Of a DNA stretch of 64,000 bases, positions 25,734 through 40,525 are shown in pieces. Made by a program: the position numbers and the translations under genes. Location of the stretch: positions 1,540,832 through 1,604,831 of the forward strand of contig NW_002060943.1 in assembly GCF_000150275.1 (NCBI RefSeq). The letters are read 5' to 3'. The notes under the pieces were generated by a model. The model was not told the origin of the DNA. It was given only the letters and a program-made list of their open reading frames with translations, and did not search any database. How positions within the stretch are numbered: position 1 is the stretch's first letter; each line of letters starts with the position of its first letter. This stretch comes from Trichoplax adhaerens. Lineage: Eukaryota > Animalia > Placozoa.

Positions 25734-27333
25734 TTAGTAAAGATAAAAATTATCCATCTATATTGGTTTATGAAGTCTATTTTATTTATGATAACCGAAT
25801 TTCGTTTATCAATAATTTTTCAATAAATGTACGCCAATATTGAATGAATAAATTTATCGAGGTTTTTTATATTCATGCGAAACATGGCGACTAACTCAAA
25901 AACAGTATATAAAGATATCCTATCATCACCCTTAGGATCAAATTACAATTGTCAGGATAGATCTTAGTAGATGTAATTCTTATTCTAAGTAATAATTTTT
26001 CGTGTTACATAGTTCCTCGACATTTTTGTTAATATTTCACGTTTGCTGATGTATTTTCTTCACATAAGCCTATTAGTTTAGTAGTACTATTACTCATTGA
26101 AAACCATTAACATTGTCGTACACTATTCGTGTACTATTTTTAAATTTATTTTAGTTCATAGAAAATCAAGGCTGTTCTTTATTCTTGATATACCACCATC
26201 TCTCGTTTGTAATAAAGTTTAACACTACTAAACATTAAAAAGTGTATACTATGATATTCAATGGTTAGAAAACTGATTTTCCGCTGATAACGATTCATTG
26301 TCAGAATTTCGTCTATTTTGATCACCTAAAGTAACTCAATAAACATAGTGTTAATCTTTTTAAAATTGTTATTTCGCAATGCAATCATACCTTTCACTGA
26401 TAAGATTACCATTTTTAATTTTAAAATAATAAATGTAAAATGATTTCTGAATCGAAAATCAATAAAGTAATCCTCAGTTAGTCAGCGAGAGTAAATGAGC
26501 AGTTTTTTGACATTTTTAAAGTCCTGGCGATAATACAGTATATTCGCAAGTACTGCATAGTGTGGCAATGTATTGGTCTACGCTTCCCAGAAAACTTTAC
26601 GAAGTACTAGTTTAATAGGCACACAATCCTTCATAGATATTAAAGATAGCACGATTAGATTACTTGTTCTGCAAATTTATATCACCAAGTTATAGAGAAG
26701 CTATATTGTAATTGTGGAATGTAATTAAATCACTTAAATCGTAATAATTATAGATGTATATTAAAAATCCACTCAATCCATCATATGATAAAATTGGTCT
26801 CGTAGAATTTAGTCTTTTAACAGAAAGCACGAAAAATATTGATAGTTTCATATAATTATATACGTTTGTGCGTTTGTATACGTATTACTATTAAAATATT
26901 CCTTAGCTCCACTTAAATTTAAATTCATATACGGGTCACTAGGTCTTCAGCATCAATTTGGTTTCTAAAATGACAAACTTAGATTCCATCTGCATTTACA
27001 ATAATTAACGATATGCCAACGTACATGCATTATTGTACTTGAAATAGCTTCTATACTTTTGATTAGTATTTAGAAAAAATTTACAGTTAATGAAAGGCTT
27101 CTTTCAGTCTCCTCACACCGCAAGTTACAAAAGCATCACACTTTAATGGATTCCATTTTGGTAACGTAACAGAAGCAATTGAATTACTTCTAAAGATGAA
27201 TCTTGCTTTAGTACTAGTTTGGATCATTAGTAATAACAATTGGATATTATAAAATTTTTTATTTCGATAAAGGCCAGTAATTTGATAATTTTATACGATA
27301 TTAGACATAATTTATGTAATACTTTCTGAAAGA

Positions 27334-30300
27334 TTAGGATAACGGTAAGGAAGATACAACGATATATTGGCCATCATTATTCTTTTGCATCTTGCATAAT
27401 TGAATATTGCTTAAATTAGTAGATCCAAAATTGAAATGATTCATATCCTGAAAATGACGATAAAAATACGATAGCACACACTATTAACTATTCGATATCA
27501 AATAGCTAAAATTATCAAAAATCAATACTACTGATAGATACTGATACCCTGTAGTCGACTATAAGATTATGACAGCATATAAAACTAATTACTCGATCTC
27601 ACTGATACGATCAACACTAATGACAGATGCCGGTATCAAGCAGTCTATAATAACACTTGGATAGTACTATGGTTCGTACCATTACTGTACTTATATACGG
27701 CTATCCTACAACCATATTTGTGCGAATGGTCGTGTTTCCTTCACGATATTATCAAGTAAGTATGCCGAACATTAGTTTGCAACCGATATAGCAAGTTAGG
27801 TTGCAATTAGTACGTTCATGCAATGATAATTGTTTACTAAGAGCTTAATCATAGCACCAGATAGCAGTTTGTTTTAATTCTCACGTACCTGTAGTATATT
27901 TCTAGCATCAAAAGGTTCCGTTCCACCAGGTGTTGATGTTCTATACCTAGAATTCATCAGTGTAGCATGGAGTTTTAGACGTGGACCTTCTTTTCCAGTC
28001 AATCCTGATGCAACAAATCGATCAACTATATCTTCACCCAGTTCTTGTAATCTAAAAGGCGTAATGCAATTTATTTTGTTTCAAGGTAATGAACTTTAAA
28101 CGTACAGTTCATAAATATTTTATACCCTACAGAGATAAAGTATACGAAATTGATCTACTTACATCGTATCATGGATTTCAGCATAGAGCACCTTTGCTGC
28201 TGAAGGATCATCACCCATTATTTCCAATCCCTTGATGTCCACCTTTGCTTGTTTAATGGATTTAAGTCGTTTGCTTATATAAGAAAATTTGCTCATATCA
28301 GCTCATTCAATCATACAATATACATTCATATAATTTTTTCTTGCTATAAATCTAGAGCTAATGAAAATGTATTTAGCAATATTTACTACCTAACGACATC
28401 GGAACAATCGTCGAAAATTCGTTTAGCCTTATCCTAGAAAAACAACGAATGTTGTTCTTTTAACTTATAGATGTAATGCTTAATGTCAATCTTACACAAA
28501 ACAATTTACCTCTTCTATTTTATCAAACAAGCGCAGAACTACTATCGTAATGTGTAGCCGTTGCGGCTCTTGCATGATTGATTCTTCAATACCTTTGCAC
28601 TATGGATGACAAGGTGATGAGAGTAAATTAATACATTGAGATCAATTGCAATGATTCAAAATTATCAAGTTTCAGAAATATACCGTATGTGACGTCTCGG
28701 TTGAGATGAATATAAAATGGATATTATTTTACATTTTAGTTTGAATGTAACGCAGTAGAGATATACTGTATCGTAACTGATACAATAATAAGTATTGATC
28801 TCTCACTCTAACAGTTATGACGATAATTATAAGTGGATTGCATTTTACGCTTGATGAATAATACAACCATTTCTTGTCAACTTGTACTGCAGTTGTTAAC
28901 ATCACCAGTAATCATACCTGACTAAAGTCTTGTAAGACCATATCTTTAAATTGAATGTAGCTACTAATAACTTGTTTCGATAATAGCGGTACCATCACAA
29001 AATGTGTTGGTAGTGCTTTACTGCGGCAACTATCCACCAATAGTTCGATTCTAACTTTAGCGGAAATGACACCCTTTTTTGATGATCCGGTAATACATGT
29101 CAGATCTAATGGAAAACAAGGTCATAGCCACACTCAAATAACAAGGTGACAATATAGATATTAATAAATCCTTGCATGCTGTATCAATATACAGTACTGT
29201 ATTTATTGCATCATCATCGATAGTTTTACTGCAGTAGCAAGCAATTAATACAGTTATTTAAAGGTACTAAAAATTGTATCTTCCTGCATGTAGACTGACA
29301 GTAGCATGAATACTGCGGCTAGAGTTACTTTTTAAAAGTGATCGTTTTATACGATAGGGTCCGTGATTGAGTTAACCCAAATACTATGGGATAGTGCTGA
29401 TGTAAAATAACAATTCTATAATTTTAACACAATCTTAGAACCTATCTACCTAATCATGACAGTTTCTATAGTGACCCGCAAATATCGAGACAACACTAGC
29501 CTAGATTCAGCGTAATCCAATACTACGAACGATATATGTATTGTATCTTCATTACTATGCTGTAGGTCATCATTCAATCCTAGTGCTACTTATATGAATC
29601 TACGTTATCATAAACGGTGTTGCTATTGCAGTACATTGTTCAAATTTATTCTGCAGCCACGAATTAAACATAACCCTATAAAGTAAATTTACCATTCGAA
29701 GCATCAGAATTTCTTGAAGAAGGCAGCTTAATTTTCGTCCCAGTATCCTGTTGTAATTGTTTCATATTGCTACCTTTCTTACCAATAATCATACCAAAGC
29801 ATTTCTCAGGTACTCGTAAGGATAGTTTGTAACCGTTAGGAGTTTCTTCTATGCTTTCGTCCTCGTCTTGGTTATCATCATCGAAAAAGTCAGGTTGAAT
29901 ACCGTCGGCTGTAATAAGAAGATATTAAGATTTTTATAGCTGCTTATCCAATATAGCAGATTATAATAGGGTATAATACTAGTATCTACGACTGTAAACA
30001 TACAAACTCTGCGTCTATGGCAACTCAAATTGTGTATACGCGTATCTAGATGATATGGTCAAAAATACTATAGTTGAGTCCATGCTAGGATTGACCAAAA
30101 CATGTACAGAACATAGAGTGTGAGAGGAAATTTCTAAAGGTTTCGGGAACTGATCACTTACTTTACTTACACTTAGAATTTACAATCTTTATTTGTACAC
30201 GTACGCGTGTATATCTCTTCGGTATTGTACGAGATTATATGATATCTGCTGGACTGTATCCTTCATACGTATATTACTACAGTATTTTAAGTATTATTAT

Positions 30301-30578
30301 TAACACTGCAGGAACTAGATATGAATAGGTCTACACTATTATTTAATACAGTATTATGGCTATACTGTCTTGAGATCGCTGTTAGCAATGTCGACGTTAA
30401 ATTAATGCCCTTTAGTGGATTAATCAATCTTTCCTTTGAGATTTAGATATTCAATCGTAATTATTCAATAACCTTTTACTAATTCACCGTCAAATTTGAA
30501 ATTTTCTTCTAGCACACGATAGCATCGACCATTAATGTTGACAATCTCCGGCATCATGATATCATTAGCGTTAGCCAT
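27334..30578 (-). CDS. ASCC1: Activating signal cointegrator 1 complex subunit 1 (KH + 2H-phosphoesterase/AKAP7-like domain); ~8 exons
   Basis: MANANDIIMPEIVNINGRCYR; KH motif IIGKKGSNMKQLQQDTGTKIKLP; PTHF; two HxT motifs (RLHIT, KLHATLMN); IKGLEIMGDDPSAAKVLYA; FDARNILQ|DMNHFNFG...DGQY* in last exon 27447-27334. Confidence 0.93.
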
Positions 30579-31003
30579 GATGGGTTCTTGTGACACTACA
30601 GTACGTTCGTTGATCAATGTTAGTCCAATCCAGCAATACAACTTTATAAGCTAGGCAGGCTGTTCATCCTGACCTGAAAAGATGCACATGACAAAAAGGG
30701 TCATCACTTTCAAATTGCTAGCATACCAGAAACAGCCACAAGTTCAGGTCCTACTTACGTTATCTACCTAATACCCTGCCTAGATTAATTATTACTCTAT
30801 CTGATGTTGATTGTAGTATCCAAGTAATACAGTACGAAGAGCAGAGTGACTGTCGATTGGCTTTTCTTGATCAGCGAGCAAATCAGCATGTACTGACCTA
30901 TTAATGGAGAGATATTTTCAACGCATTGATAGGCTGTCGTCATGCTTATATCGTATTATAATACTGTATTATCATGACTGTTTCCTCTACACTACCGTGG
31001 GTT

Positions 31004-31770
31004 AGTCTACCGTGAGCTAAATGATTTCATTGATTTAGGCCGCTGCTCAATTTTACCTATTACACCCAGCAAATGATCGCAACAAACAAGGCGCTGAGTC
31101 TTGTACTTGGATCTTGCTTCTAGATGACCTGGTTTATGTATCAATGGAGAATGCAAGCTATTGATTATCGACCGAAAATAAGAAATGGTTTCTTACACAG
31201 AAACGATGCAATCTTGGTGATTACCTTGACGATTGTGTACAAACAGCTACAATTGCTTCAAGAATGAATTAATTATAAAATGATTGGTATCTTGGACGCC
31301 TAAACCTTAGCAAGAGTTGGAATGTTTTGGATGATTGTAGTAGCCAGCAAAGCTGCAAGTGTACAATTGAGACGATCCAGTCTACAGTCTACCGTGAGCT
31401 AAATGATTTCATTGATTTAGGCTACTGCTCAATTTTACCTATTACACCCAGCAAATGATCGCAATAAAAAAGGTGCTGATTCTTGTACTTGGATCTTGCT
31501 TCTAGTCGACCTGGTTTGTCTATCAATGAAGAATGCAAGCCATTGATTATCGACCGAAAATAAGAAATGGTTTCTTACACAGAAACGATGCAATCTTGGT
31601 GATTACCTTGACGATTGTGCACAAACAGCTACAATTGCTTCAAGAATGAATTAATTATAAAATGATTGGTATCTTGGACGCCTAAACCTTAGCAAGATTT
31701 CGAATGTTTTGGATGATTGTAGCAGCCAGCAAAGCTGCAAAAGTGTACGATTGAGACTGTCGAGTCTACA
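31004..31770. repeat. Recent tandem duplication, ~383 bp x2
   Basis: agtctaccgtgagctaaatgatttcattgatttagg...gccagcaaagctgcaa..gtgtac at ~31004 and ~31387, with few differences. Confidence 0.93.
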
Positions 31771-34700
31771 GTGTACAGTGTACAGTATGAACGTTGTATT
31801 GTGTACTGTACACTCTTGCTTAGGACGGTCAAGAATTTACCCTACTGGACGCTGTTGAGCGACTTAGCTGCTCCTGTCGAGGTAAGAAAAAAGCCTGTTT
31901 TTGGACCTCGATGGCTGCTCATAAGGAGAGCTATCTTCAACAGTGGTCGGTGCACTAGTGTAAACTATCGTATCCACTGGCATACACTGTTTGATGGGGA
32001 TCCAAGAAAGAGAGACCATCAAACTACCGCACCAAACCATGGGCAGAACTTGGACTGTCTTTGCCTGGTCAGTTTTACTTGACGGGTCGGCAAGGACAGA
32101 CAGCCAACAGTGTAGTGGTCGGTTATAGAGGTAGAATACAGTTAAAATGCCTAGCAATCTGTCGGCCTTCCTGGTTCCACTACCATCATCCACCCTTCAG
32201 CGACTTGGATGACGGTGCAGTACCGTACCAGGGTCTTCTGAGCAGGCCCAACGTGCACGTGACCCACTCCAAGCCTTACCGTCGACATCAAGAGCAGTCA
32301 GGGTATTGTATCATACCATCGGTCAAAAGCCCTATCACTCGTATTCACTTTCTTCTGACAGCGGTGCTAGTAGAGTCAGGGGCGGTGGTCAAGGTCCAGT
32401 GGACCAGGGTAATCCATTTTTAACCCGTACGCACACTTTTTACTGACTACAGTATAAAATCGCTTTTAACCCCTGGGCTGATTAACTTGACCGTTGCTGT
32501 GGAAGGGTCGGAAAACCAGGTAGGTAAAAGTTATTTATGCCTTTCTCCTTTTTTTAATCTTCTTCATGTCCAATCTTGTAGTTCTTCATTTCCAATGGAC
32601 CATGATGCAGTTTTCATCATGATCCATGATTAGATGTTGCACCTTTTTTTGGGGGGGGGGGGGGGGGAATTGAAATACGGTATTCGTCATTTATTTTCGT
32701 CGCCATCTTGGTTATGTTTACAAATGAACAATAGCTTGGCCATCGCCTGTTCATCAACACTTTTTCTACACTATTTCTACTTGATTTTGATCGCTTGACC
32801 CATGCAATGCCTTGATCATCATGATATGAAATGGAATCGATCGTATAGACTTCTTTTTTTCCTTGAATACTTTCTTCCAGTATCGAAAACCCTATCAACC
32901 ATGTTTTGTTGTCCTCTATTGGATGATTAGACTCAGCGGGCCAACAAATGACGTTGAAACCACTGCCTTGTAAAATAGTTTTACCTTAGTCATAATAGTA
33001 ATGGACTGATCAGGATATGGATTACCTTCGTTTAAACAGTACGACTACAGTACTTGTATCTTTTTCTTCTAGTGACAGTAGAGAGTAGAAAAGAAAAAAG
33101 AACGCTCTGAAATGCAAACTAAAACTTGTCTAAAATTGCCCGTCCTCGTATATTATTTTATTTACAGTTGCTTACGGTAGTATTGCACCTGTGTTGATTG
33201 CCTTGACTTATTGCTCTTAAAAGAGAATTGGCGTTGCAGTCATTATTTAACGACGTTTAACAATGATGTACTTGGCACATAGACGGCGCTGATTTCTGAG
33301 AATTCTCCAGTCAATAATTCTCATTGAAAGTATTGACTTCAAAATCGACATTGCGTCAATATCAAGTAGAATATGAAAACATTCCTATCAATGTTCAAAA
33401 TTTCCCCATCATGACGACATGATTGTAGCATACATACTGGAATAGAACCGATGATGAGTTCATTTTCAATTCGTTCACAAATAGAAAGAATGCGCTACAG
33501 ACTTTCACATTGACTCTTAGGTGAAAAAAACAAACTGAGAAAACCATATTAAACTTGCGTTGAAAATGGGTTTAGAACAAATGAAGTGAATAGGCATGAT
33601 AAGCGCTGGCTTCTGTAGAATTTTATTCCATGATGATAAATCCGTTAACAATTTATATGTATATCATCATGTCTTCAGTACTGTATAACGGCGAATCGAG
33701 TAATGATATGTTTAAGACAAGGAAAACATTCAGTTTTACTTCTAGCTAGCAATGATTTTGCCCTTCGCCAAGGTTGGAAAAAAATCGCCTTATTATTATT
33801 ATTTTTTAATCTCTAATTGGATGCCTGGCCCAGAAAAAAGAAAGAATGAAATAATTATTTATATGTTTGTCTTCGCCTTTTGTCTTTTACATAGAGAAGC
33901 CTCGACGGTAAATGATAACTTAATTCAACAATACTCTTGTAGACCACCATATTCACCTTCATCAACCGCTCTCAGTTGATCTTCGATTATAGATTACTAT
34001 AGTTATCAATCTTTGAGAAAACCTATCCTCGTAATGATATGGCTTTATCTATTCAGTTAGAAGTAGAAATGGGGGGGGGGCCGGTTGTTTCATATTTGTA
34101 AATTAATTTAACCTTATACGAGTAGGAATGACGTATGGTTGACCCATTTCCACTGGCTACCTTCAGTACTGTGCTCTGTATTAACAAGTAAAAGGATAAC
34201 AAATATCGACATACGAGTTTGTAACTAGTACAGTCTTTACATGCTCTGTTTGCGATTCCAATATCATTGAACAGACGCATGAATTGATTGAGAATCGATT
34301 ATAGTAACTCTTGCATTTATGGTAGAATAGGGATTGAACGCTAGAATATAGCAGAAGTAAAGATGATGTAACAAAGTTATTGTAGTCCACTTTGATGTAA
34401 CATTTCTAGTCTAGCCTATAATTAATTAGAAACCGTGATTACATCGGCAAACGTTATCTTGTCAAAGTAATACTGGAAGGATAACTAACAAGATAAAATA
34501 ATCACTAATTTGTACAAGATGGCTTTGATAAATACGTACTGGTAACATTGTACGCGTACTACTGGATAGCAGATCCTTCTAGCAATACCTTTTAATTTCT
34601 ATAATTTGACTACAATCTTATCTTCTCTACACGTATAGTGGATAGTATTTTATTGACGTTATGATGACGACAAAGAATTGCTATGCAAATCATTCCAAGA

Positions 34701-35122
34701 TCAAACATTAGAAAATAGATGCTTCAGTTTTGAGCAATCAAGCATTACTCACATAGCGTTCTATCTACGATAAAATGGCTGCCATTTATTTCATTTTATT
34801 TTCAATATCAATCACATAGAATCATAATTGCATATTTCATTGACAATGAATGTAAGCAATTGCAAGGTTTTACATGCACACAGGATTGATTAACATGAAG
34901 ATTTCTAAATTTATTCCATGTGTGGTACAACTTGTCATCAGACAACATGATGATTTGATACGTATTTGCTTGCTTTAATTCTATCTCAGCTCAGCAAGAT
35001 AATAACCGATGCGCATATGCTTATATTGCTTCATTCTAGGTTGTTTACGATTGCCGGATTGTAATTTTAAGCGAAGATTAACACTTCTTTCTCGGTGGTG
35101 AAAGCGTTGCAAATTTTGCAAA

Positions 35123-37374
35123 ATGGCTTTCTCTCGTCCTTTATGGATGTTTTGTAATTGTATAATTCTTGCCACCTTAGCAGCAGCTGATGTCTCAGTG
35201 GTATGTACGCGTATACTGTTATATTCATGATAGCAATTTGATCATTCAAGGCCTTCGGAGTGATTGACATTTCTACTGATCGACCCGCCATATAGGTATC
35301 TGGAAATTTTTCGCAATCGTTTAATGATATCAGAGCTGACTTTGGACCAAGTGTTTCGGAAGCTGGATTATCAGTAAGTTTTTAACCTAACCTATTTGTA
35401 TCGCTTGCATGCAGTTATGCGTATGCAAGAATCTATCAATACCGATCGAAAATCGTATTTACAGTAAGAAAGTTACATTTCCATTATTGCCATTCAAACA
35501 ATTTATGTAGCAAATGAGTCTTAATATACTGTATATCAATAAGAGTACGATATTATGATTCAAATGCCTGCTAGGTAAAAAGAAGAGTCTATTTTACTCT
35601 GCTTTGTTCTACTTTGCTATACTTTAAAAAGCTCATTTATGCCAGTAAAGCCAAGTAACCCATTCAAATTGAGTCGCTGATCTTGATTTTATAAACTAAG
35701 TACAGTAGTTGATATTGATATATGCACTTTCATTGTCATTCGTGTAGTATCTCGGCAAGTTACCATACAGTAGCATCACATTTTTCTCGCTATTCCGTCG
35801 TACTTTCAATACATATTGCCCTGTGCGTAATAAAAAGAGACTGCATTTAATTTTGGTCACAAATCTATTTTAGGGTCGCGGCGTAATTGCACATCCATTA
35901 GATGGATGCTCGCCAATTCGAAGACCTCCGAATGATCTTACATTCTATTTTGCGATCATAAAGCGTGGTTCATGTCATTTCGACTTGAAGGTATGTTAGA
36001 ATGGCTTGATCGTAATTGCTGTATCGAATGGGATTAAATGTTACACATCCACCTCTAGGTTTATCATGCTCAAAACGCAAATTATAAGGCTGTAATAGTG
36101 TACAATGATTTATCGGACCGCCTCGAGAAGATGGACGGAAAAAACTGTAAGACAGTCCTAAAATGCCACATTGTAATTTGTGTCAAGGATTAGAAAGCTT
36201 GGCATCAGTTTATGCCTTATCTTGAACTCATAATAACTGGATTAAGTGTCCGTTTACCTAATTTTTTTGCAGATACAAATCGAATTAATATTCCTTCGGT
36301 ATTTATTGGAAATGTAAGAATTTGGATCTCATTTCTAAATTTTCTATACTGTATAATTACACTTTCACTCTGTCCAATAAAATACTGAAATAACTTGCTA
36401 AGCCTTATTGACGCTATGTTATTACTATTTTCTGCAACAGGCATCTGGAGTTCAATTACTCAAGACTATTAAGCGTGATAGTGGGTAAGTTCTACAGACA
36501 CGGCTTGTGGTATTAGTATTTTTTTCCAATCCATTATAAAGCTATCCTCTCATTTTGTATACCATGAGTGCAGTGTAGGGTTCAATATCCAGCCAAACTT
36601 CTTCTGTTATCTTGATCTGAGTAATTTTTGTGCTGTATTGACGTTATATCTAGTGCGTTAATCAACATTTACCCTGAATACAATTTCCCGTGGGACTTTT
36701 ATTTCATACCCTTTGCTATCGTGATTTGCATTAGTTTCCTGATTATGTCATTGATATTGGTAAGATGGTTTATTTATTTTATTTTCGCCTATCAATCAAC
36801 AATCTCTTGTATAGTAATAGTCCTATGTCATCCCGATTACTATATTATAGGTTTGCAAATGCCGTGAAATGTGTATAGCTCGTCGTGAGACTCGATTAGC
36901 TAGAGCTAACCTGAATCGCCTAAAAGTAGTAAAATTCAAGAAAGGTTTGTATACAATTGCCTTCGTTCTTGCTTAATATGATATACTGTATATTTTCAAT
37001 ACCCTGATCAATGTTACTCTATACGCGTGCTACAGGCGATGAATATGATGTTTGTGCAATTTGTTTGGATGAGTATAACGAAGGTGAAAAGTTGCGAATC
37101 TTGCCTTGCAAGCATGGTAATTCACCTTGTAGATCAGAAATTTCTTGTAGAGTATTATTGCATTATCTTACTTTTCCAAAGCTATCAGCCAATATGATTG
37201 ACCTATAATCATTTAACCTTTGTATATTTGATAGCTTATCATTGCAAGTGTATAGATCCTTGGTTAACAGACAATAAGCGAGAATGCCCTGTGTGTAAGC
37301 GTAGAGTCAACTTGTCTGCCCGAGATGACTGTGAAAATCCATCAGAAAACACACCGCTATTAGCAAATGCTTAA
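35123..37374 (+). CDS. RNF13: PA-TM-RING E3 ubiquitin ligase, RNF13/RNF167-like; ~10 coding exons
   Basis: Signal peptide [22 protein letters not shown]; PA domain ([49 protein letters not shown]); [23 protein letters not shown]; RING-H2 [32 protein letters not shown]...CPVCK; dileucine ENTPLL. Confidence 0.9.
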
Positions 37375-39674
37375 TACCGCGACAGCACATCATTCTTATA
37401 GTGATCATGATTAATCTCAAAAATTTAGGGCTATTACTTATTGTGCACAACTAGAGGATGAATTTGTTAGCTGTAAATGTTTCTTCCATTAGAAAAATAT
37501 TGGAGAGAGAATCATCAAAAAGAAACTTTAACTTTGTAAATGTAATAGTATAAAAAAAGATTTTGTATCTCTTATTCTTTAATATACTGTAATCTAGAAT
37601 TACTTCTATGCTTAATTTAGCCCTTTGCGAGAGCTCAATAATTTTACATTATCGATGGAAACGGAGATTTTGATTGCAACTTTACCAGTTAGTAGTTAAT
37701 CTTATCTTACGAGCTCAGCATATCAGCCTACTTTGACTTTTCTAACACGATCAACTTTCCTCTCTACTCATGTATATTATGCATAGTGTAATCAACTAGG
37801 GGATAGGCTCCAAAATGACAATATCGAATGTAATATCGGATACATTAGAATAGCGCTAGATGCATTGATATTATTAGCTAATTTCATAATGTACGTACTC
37901 GTATGCTGTAATATATGGTAGAGCATAATATCTGTAATTGATAAAATGATTTTTAAGCAATTATAAGGAGTACATGTATGAATCTGATTATATTCTTAAG
38001 AATATATCGACCAAAAGTTAACATTGTCCTATTCTAATACTGTATGTCACCCAACGTTATACTGTACTGTAGTTGAAAACGACGTAACATAATATATGAT
38101 ATGTAGAAAAATATTCTCTGTAAACCTGATCAAATTAAAGTCGTAAAATAGATGTTTGTAATTTTAATAATAAAAGTCAAAGATTTATCATAACGTAGTT
38201 CATTATACTGTTTTTCTCATTTAGCACTTGAAAATCATATCGTTCTGTGATAGAGTTACTTGACTGTTGCCAATTGAATCTTTGCTTGTGTTTAAAATTT
38301 CTTCCTTGCTCCTATAGACTGCGGACTCTTTAGTCTAAAGTTGCTACCAGTGTCTTATGACGCAACGATAAGTTTATAGACGAAAGAAATTTCAAATTAC
38401 TCTTAAAGTGCTTGAATATACCTATACCTATGCATAAGGAATAGCCAATATGATTGATTTCTCCTCCACACACCACCATTGAATGAATCAATACCTGTCA
38501 GCTACATTATCATAACCTCATCCTAGAGTAGCAGAACCCTTCTGTATTTCATAATTACTAATTCTTACATTTGGTATGGATTACATGTGATTTTTTGCCA
38601 AGTCAATGATAATAGGAAACTATTCAGCTTGAAGGAAATTCTTCCTAGATAACTAATCTATGCTGATGATTGAAAAAGCAAGTAGGAAACGAAACTCTTG
38701 TCCTATCACCCATATCTGAGTATGTTAACAGTCCAAGATTAGACGCTATGATCATACGTGCAATGTCGTGCATTACCACATCACAGAATGCATGTTACTA
38801 AATCTCTTGTAAGCGGATAATGGTTCCTTTTCAGTATTGATTCCATCTAATGATGATCAATTCCTTATTGGGAATGATACAAGCATTCAAGCAGTAATTC
38901 ACAGAACTAAGAACAGTCAGTAGTTTGTTGCGAATTATAAACTGCAAGCTATCCACTAAGAATTGGAATTACTTTTTCTTCTGTCGGTGTATCCAAATTG
39001 TTCTTCATATTCTGTAAAATAAGATTGTGGAACCGTTGCCGTTCCCATCTTATGGTTGCTTTTGGATTAAACCTTTGTTAAATCTGATCAAATTCAATTA
39101 TTCCTAGAACAAAGTGTCTGCATATACAAGAATAATGCTTCTTCATTTCAATCACTATCCCAATACGTCAAGTTGTTTTACAATCTTGGATAGAGACTAG
39201 GGAGTCGTAGTCGTCAGTCCTATCAACACCGATGGTGTATTCTGTATATCGACCTATCCCATCGTGATTGAATCCATATTTATTCTTATTGTTAATTAGC
39301 ATGGACTTCTCGATAGTAAATAGAATTTTGGACCAGACACTGATTGATTTCGATGGAGAAAAATCGGTGCATAATTTAGTACAACAAAATGCATCCAATT
39401 TTCTATGAGTGGATAGAGGGAGATGTAATGAACATATCGATTTATATCTATATTACATCCAATTGATTCCTATTGAAGCCTTCCTTTCATATTTTATAAT
39501 GGACTGTAGCACGAGAATAATCCCATGGTAGAGTCCAGCATAGGGAACGTATAACGTTGGATTTTGAAACATTACTTGACGTAAAGTACTCGATTGTGCA
39601 CTGTATTAGGCAGCCTCATAGAATACAGTATGGTACAGGAAATCTTTTTCTGTTTTGTTAATCTCAAGGCAATT

Positions 39675-40525
39675 CTTACAGTATTTTGCCCACTTCTGTA
39701 TTAGAATGGCGTTTTCTTTACCTCTACTGTCTAATCTCACTCTATTTTGGATTACCAAGTTTTAGCTCCGTCATTGCATATTACGAGGGACTATTACTAT
39801 ACAGTGTACAATGTACGTGAGTAAAAATGAGAGAAAAGCGGGACTGATTGGAAGTGTCTGTTGACTCTCTTCAGAGCAACAAATGACTGAATTGCGTCCA
39901 TCTTACCGTATGTAGCCCACTTGTCTATTAGAATGACGTTTCCTTTACCTCTTCTGCCTAATCTCCCTCCATTTTTGTTGACCGAGTTTTAGCTCATCAT
40001 TGAATATTATTCTTGAATATTATTATGAGGGAACTCTGCGAGTAATACTGTAGTGTAGTGTAGAATCTACATGAGTAAAACAGAAAGAGAATAGTGCGAC
40101 TGATTGGAAGTGTTTCTTGACTCTCTTCAGTACATCAATTGGCTGTACTGCGTCCATCTTACAGTATATTGCCCACTTGTCTATTAAACTGACGTTTCCT
40201 TTACCTCTTCTGCCTAATCTCCCTCCATTTTTGTTGACCGAGTTTTAGCTCATCATTGAATATTATTCTTGAATATTATTATGAGGGAACTCTGCGAGTA
40301 ATACTGTAGTGTAGTGTAGAATCTACATGAGTAAAACAGAAAGAGAATAGTACGACTGATTGGAAGTGTTTCTTGACTCTCTTCAGTACATCAATTGGCT
40401 GTACTGAGTCCATCTTACAGTATATTGCCCACTTGTCTATTAAATTGACGTTTCCTTTACCTCTTCTGCCTAATCTCCCTCCATTTTTGTTGACCAAGTT
40501 TTAGCTCGGTCATTGAATGTTATGA
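39675..40525. repeat. ~256-bp tandem repeat, ~3.4 copies, upstream of profilin 1
   Basis: cttacagtat.ttgcccactt...tttacctct..tg.ctaatctc at ~39675, 39902, 40158 and 40414; the first unit is shorter and more diverged. Confidence 0.92.

Noticed and set aside
26250-26460. Possible minus-strand mini-exons between the HAX1/MLF-like gene and ASCC1
   Set aside because: Splice-like sites exist but there is no start exon or recognisable product; AT-rich chance pattern.
27138-27250. Plus-strand frame HFNGFHFGNV resembling the ASCC1 C-terminus
   Set aside because: Wrong strand; the true last exon is found at 27447-27334 on the minus strand.
30655-30790. Possible third copy of the promoter element upstream of ASCC1
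   Set aside because: Only a short match (gaccctttttg) on the minus strand; insufficient.
31771-32423. Overlapping 103-120-aa ORFs on both strands
   Set aside because: Explained by locally higher GC in a promoter-like region; no recognisable protein features.
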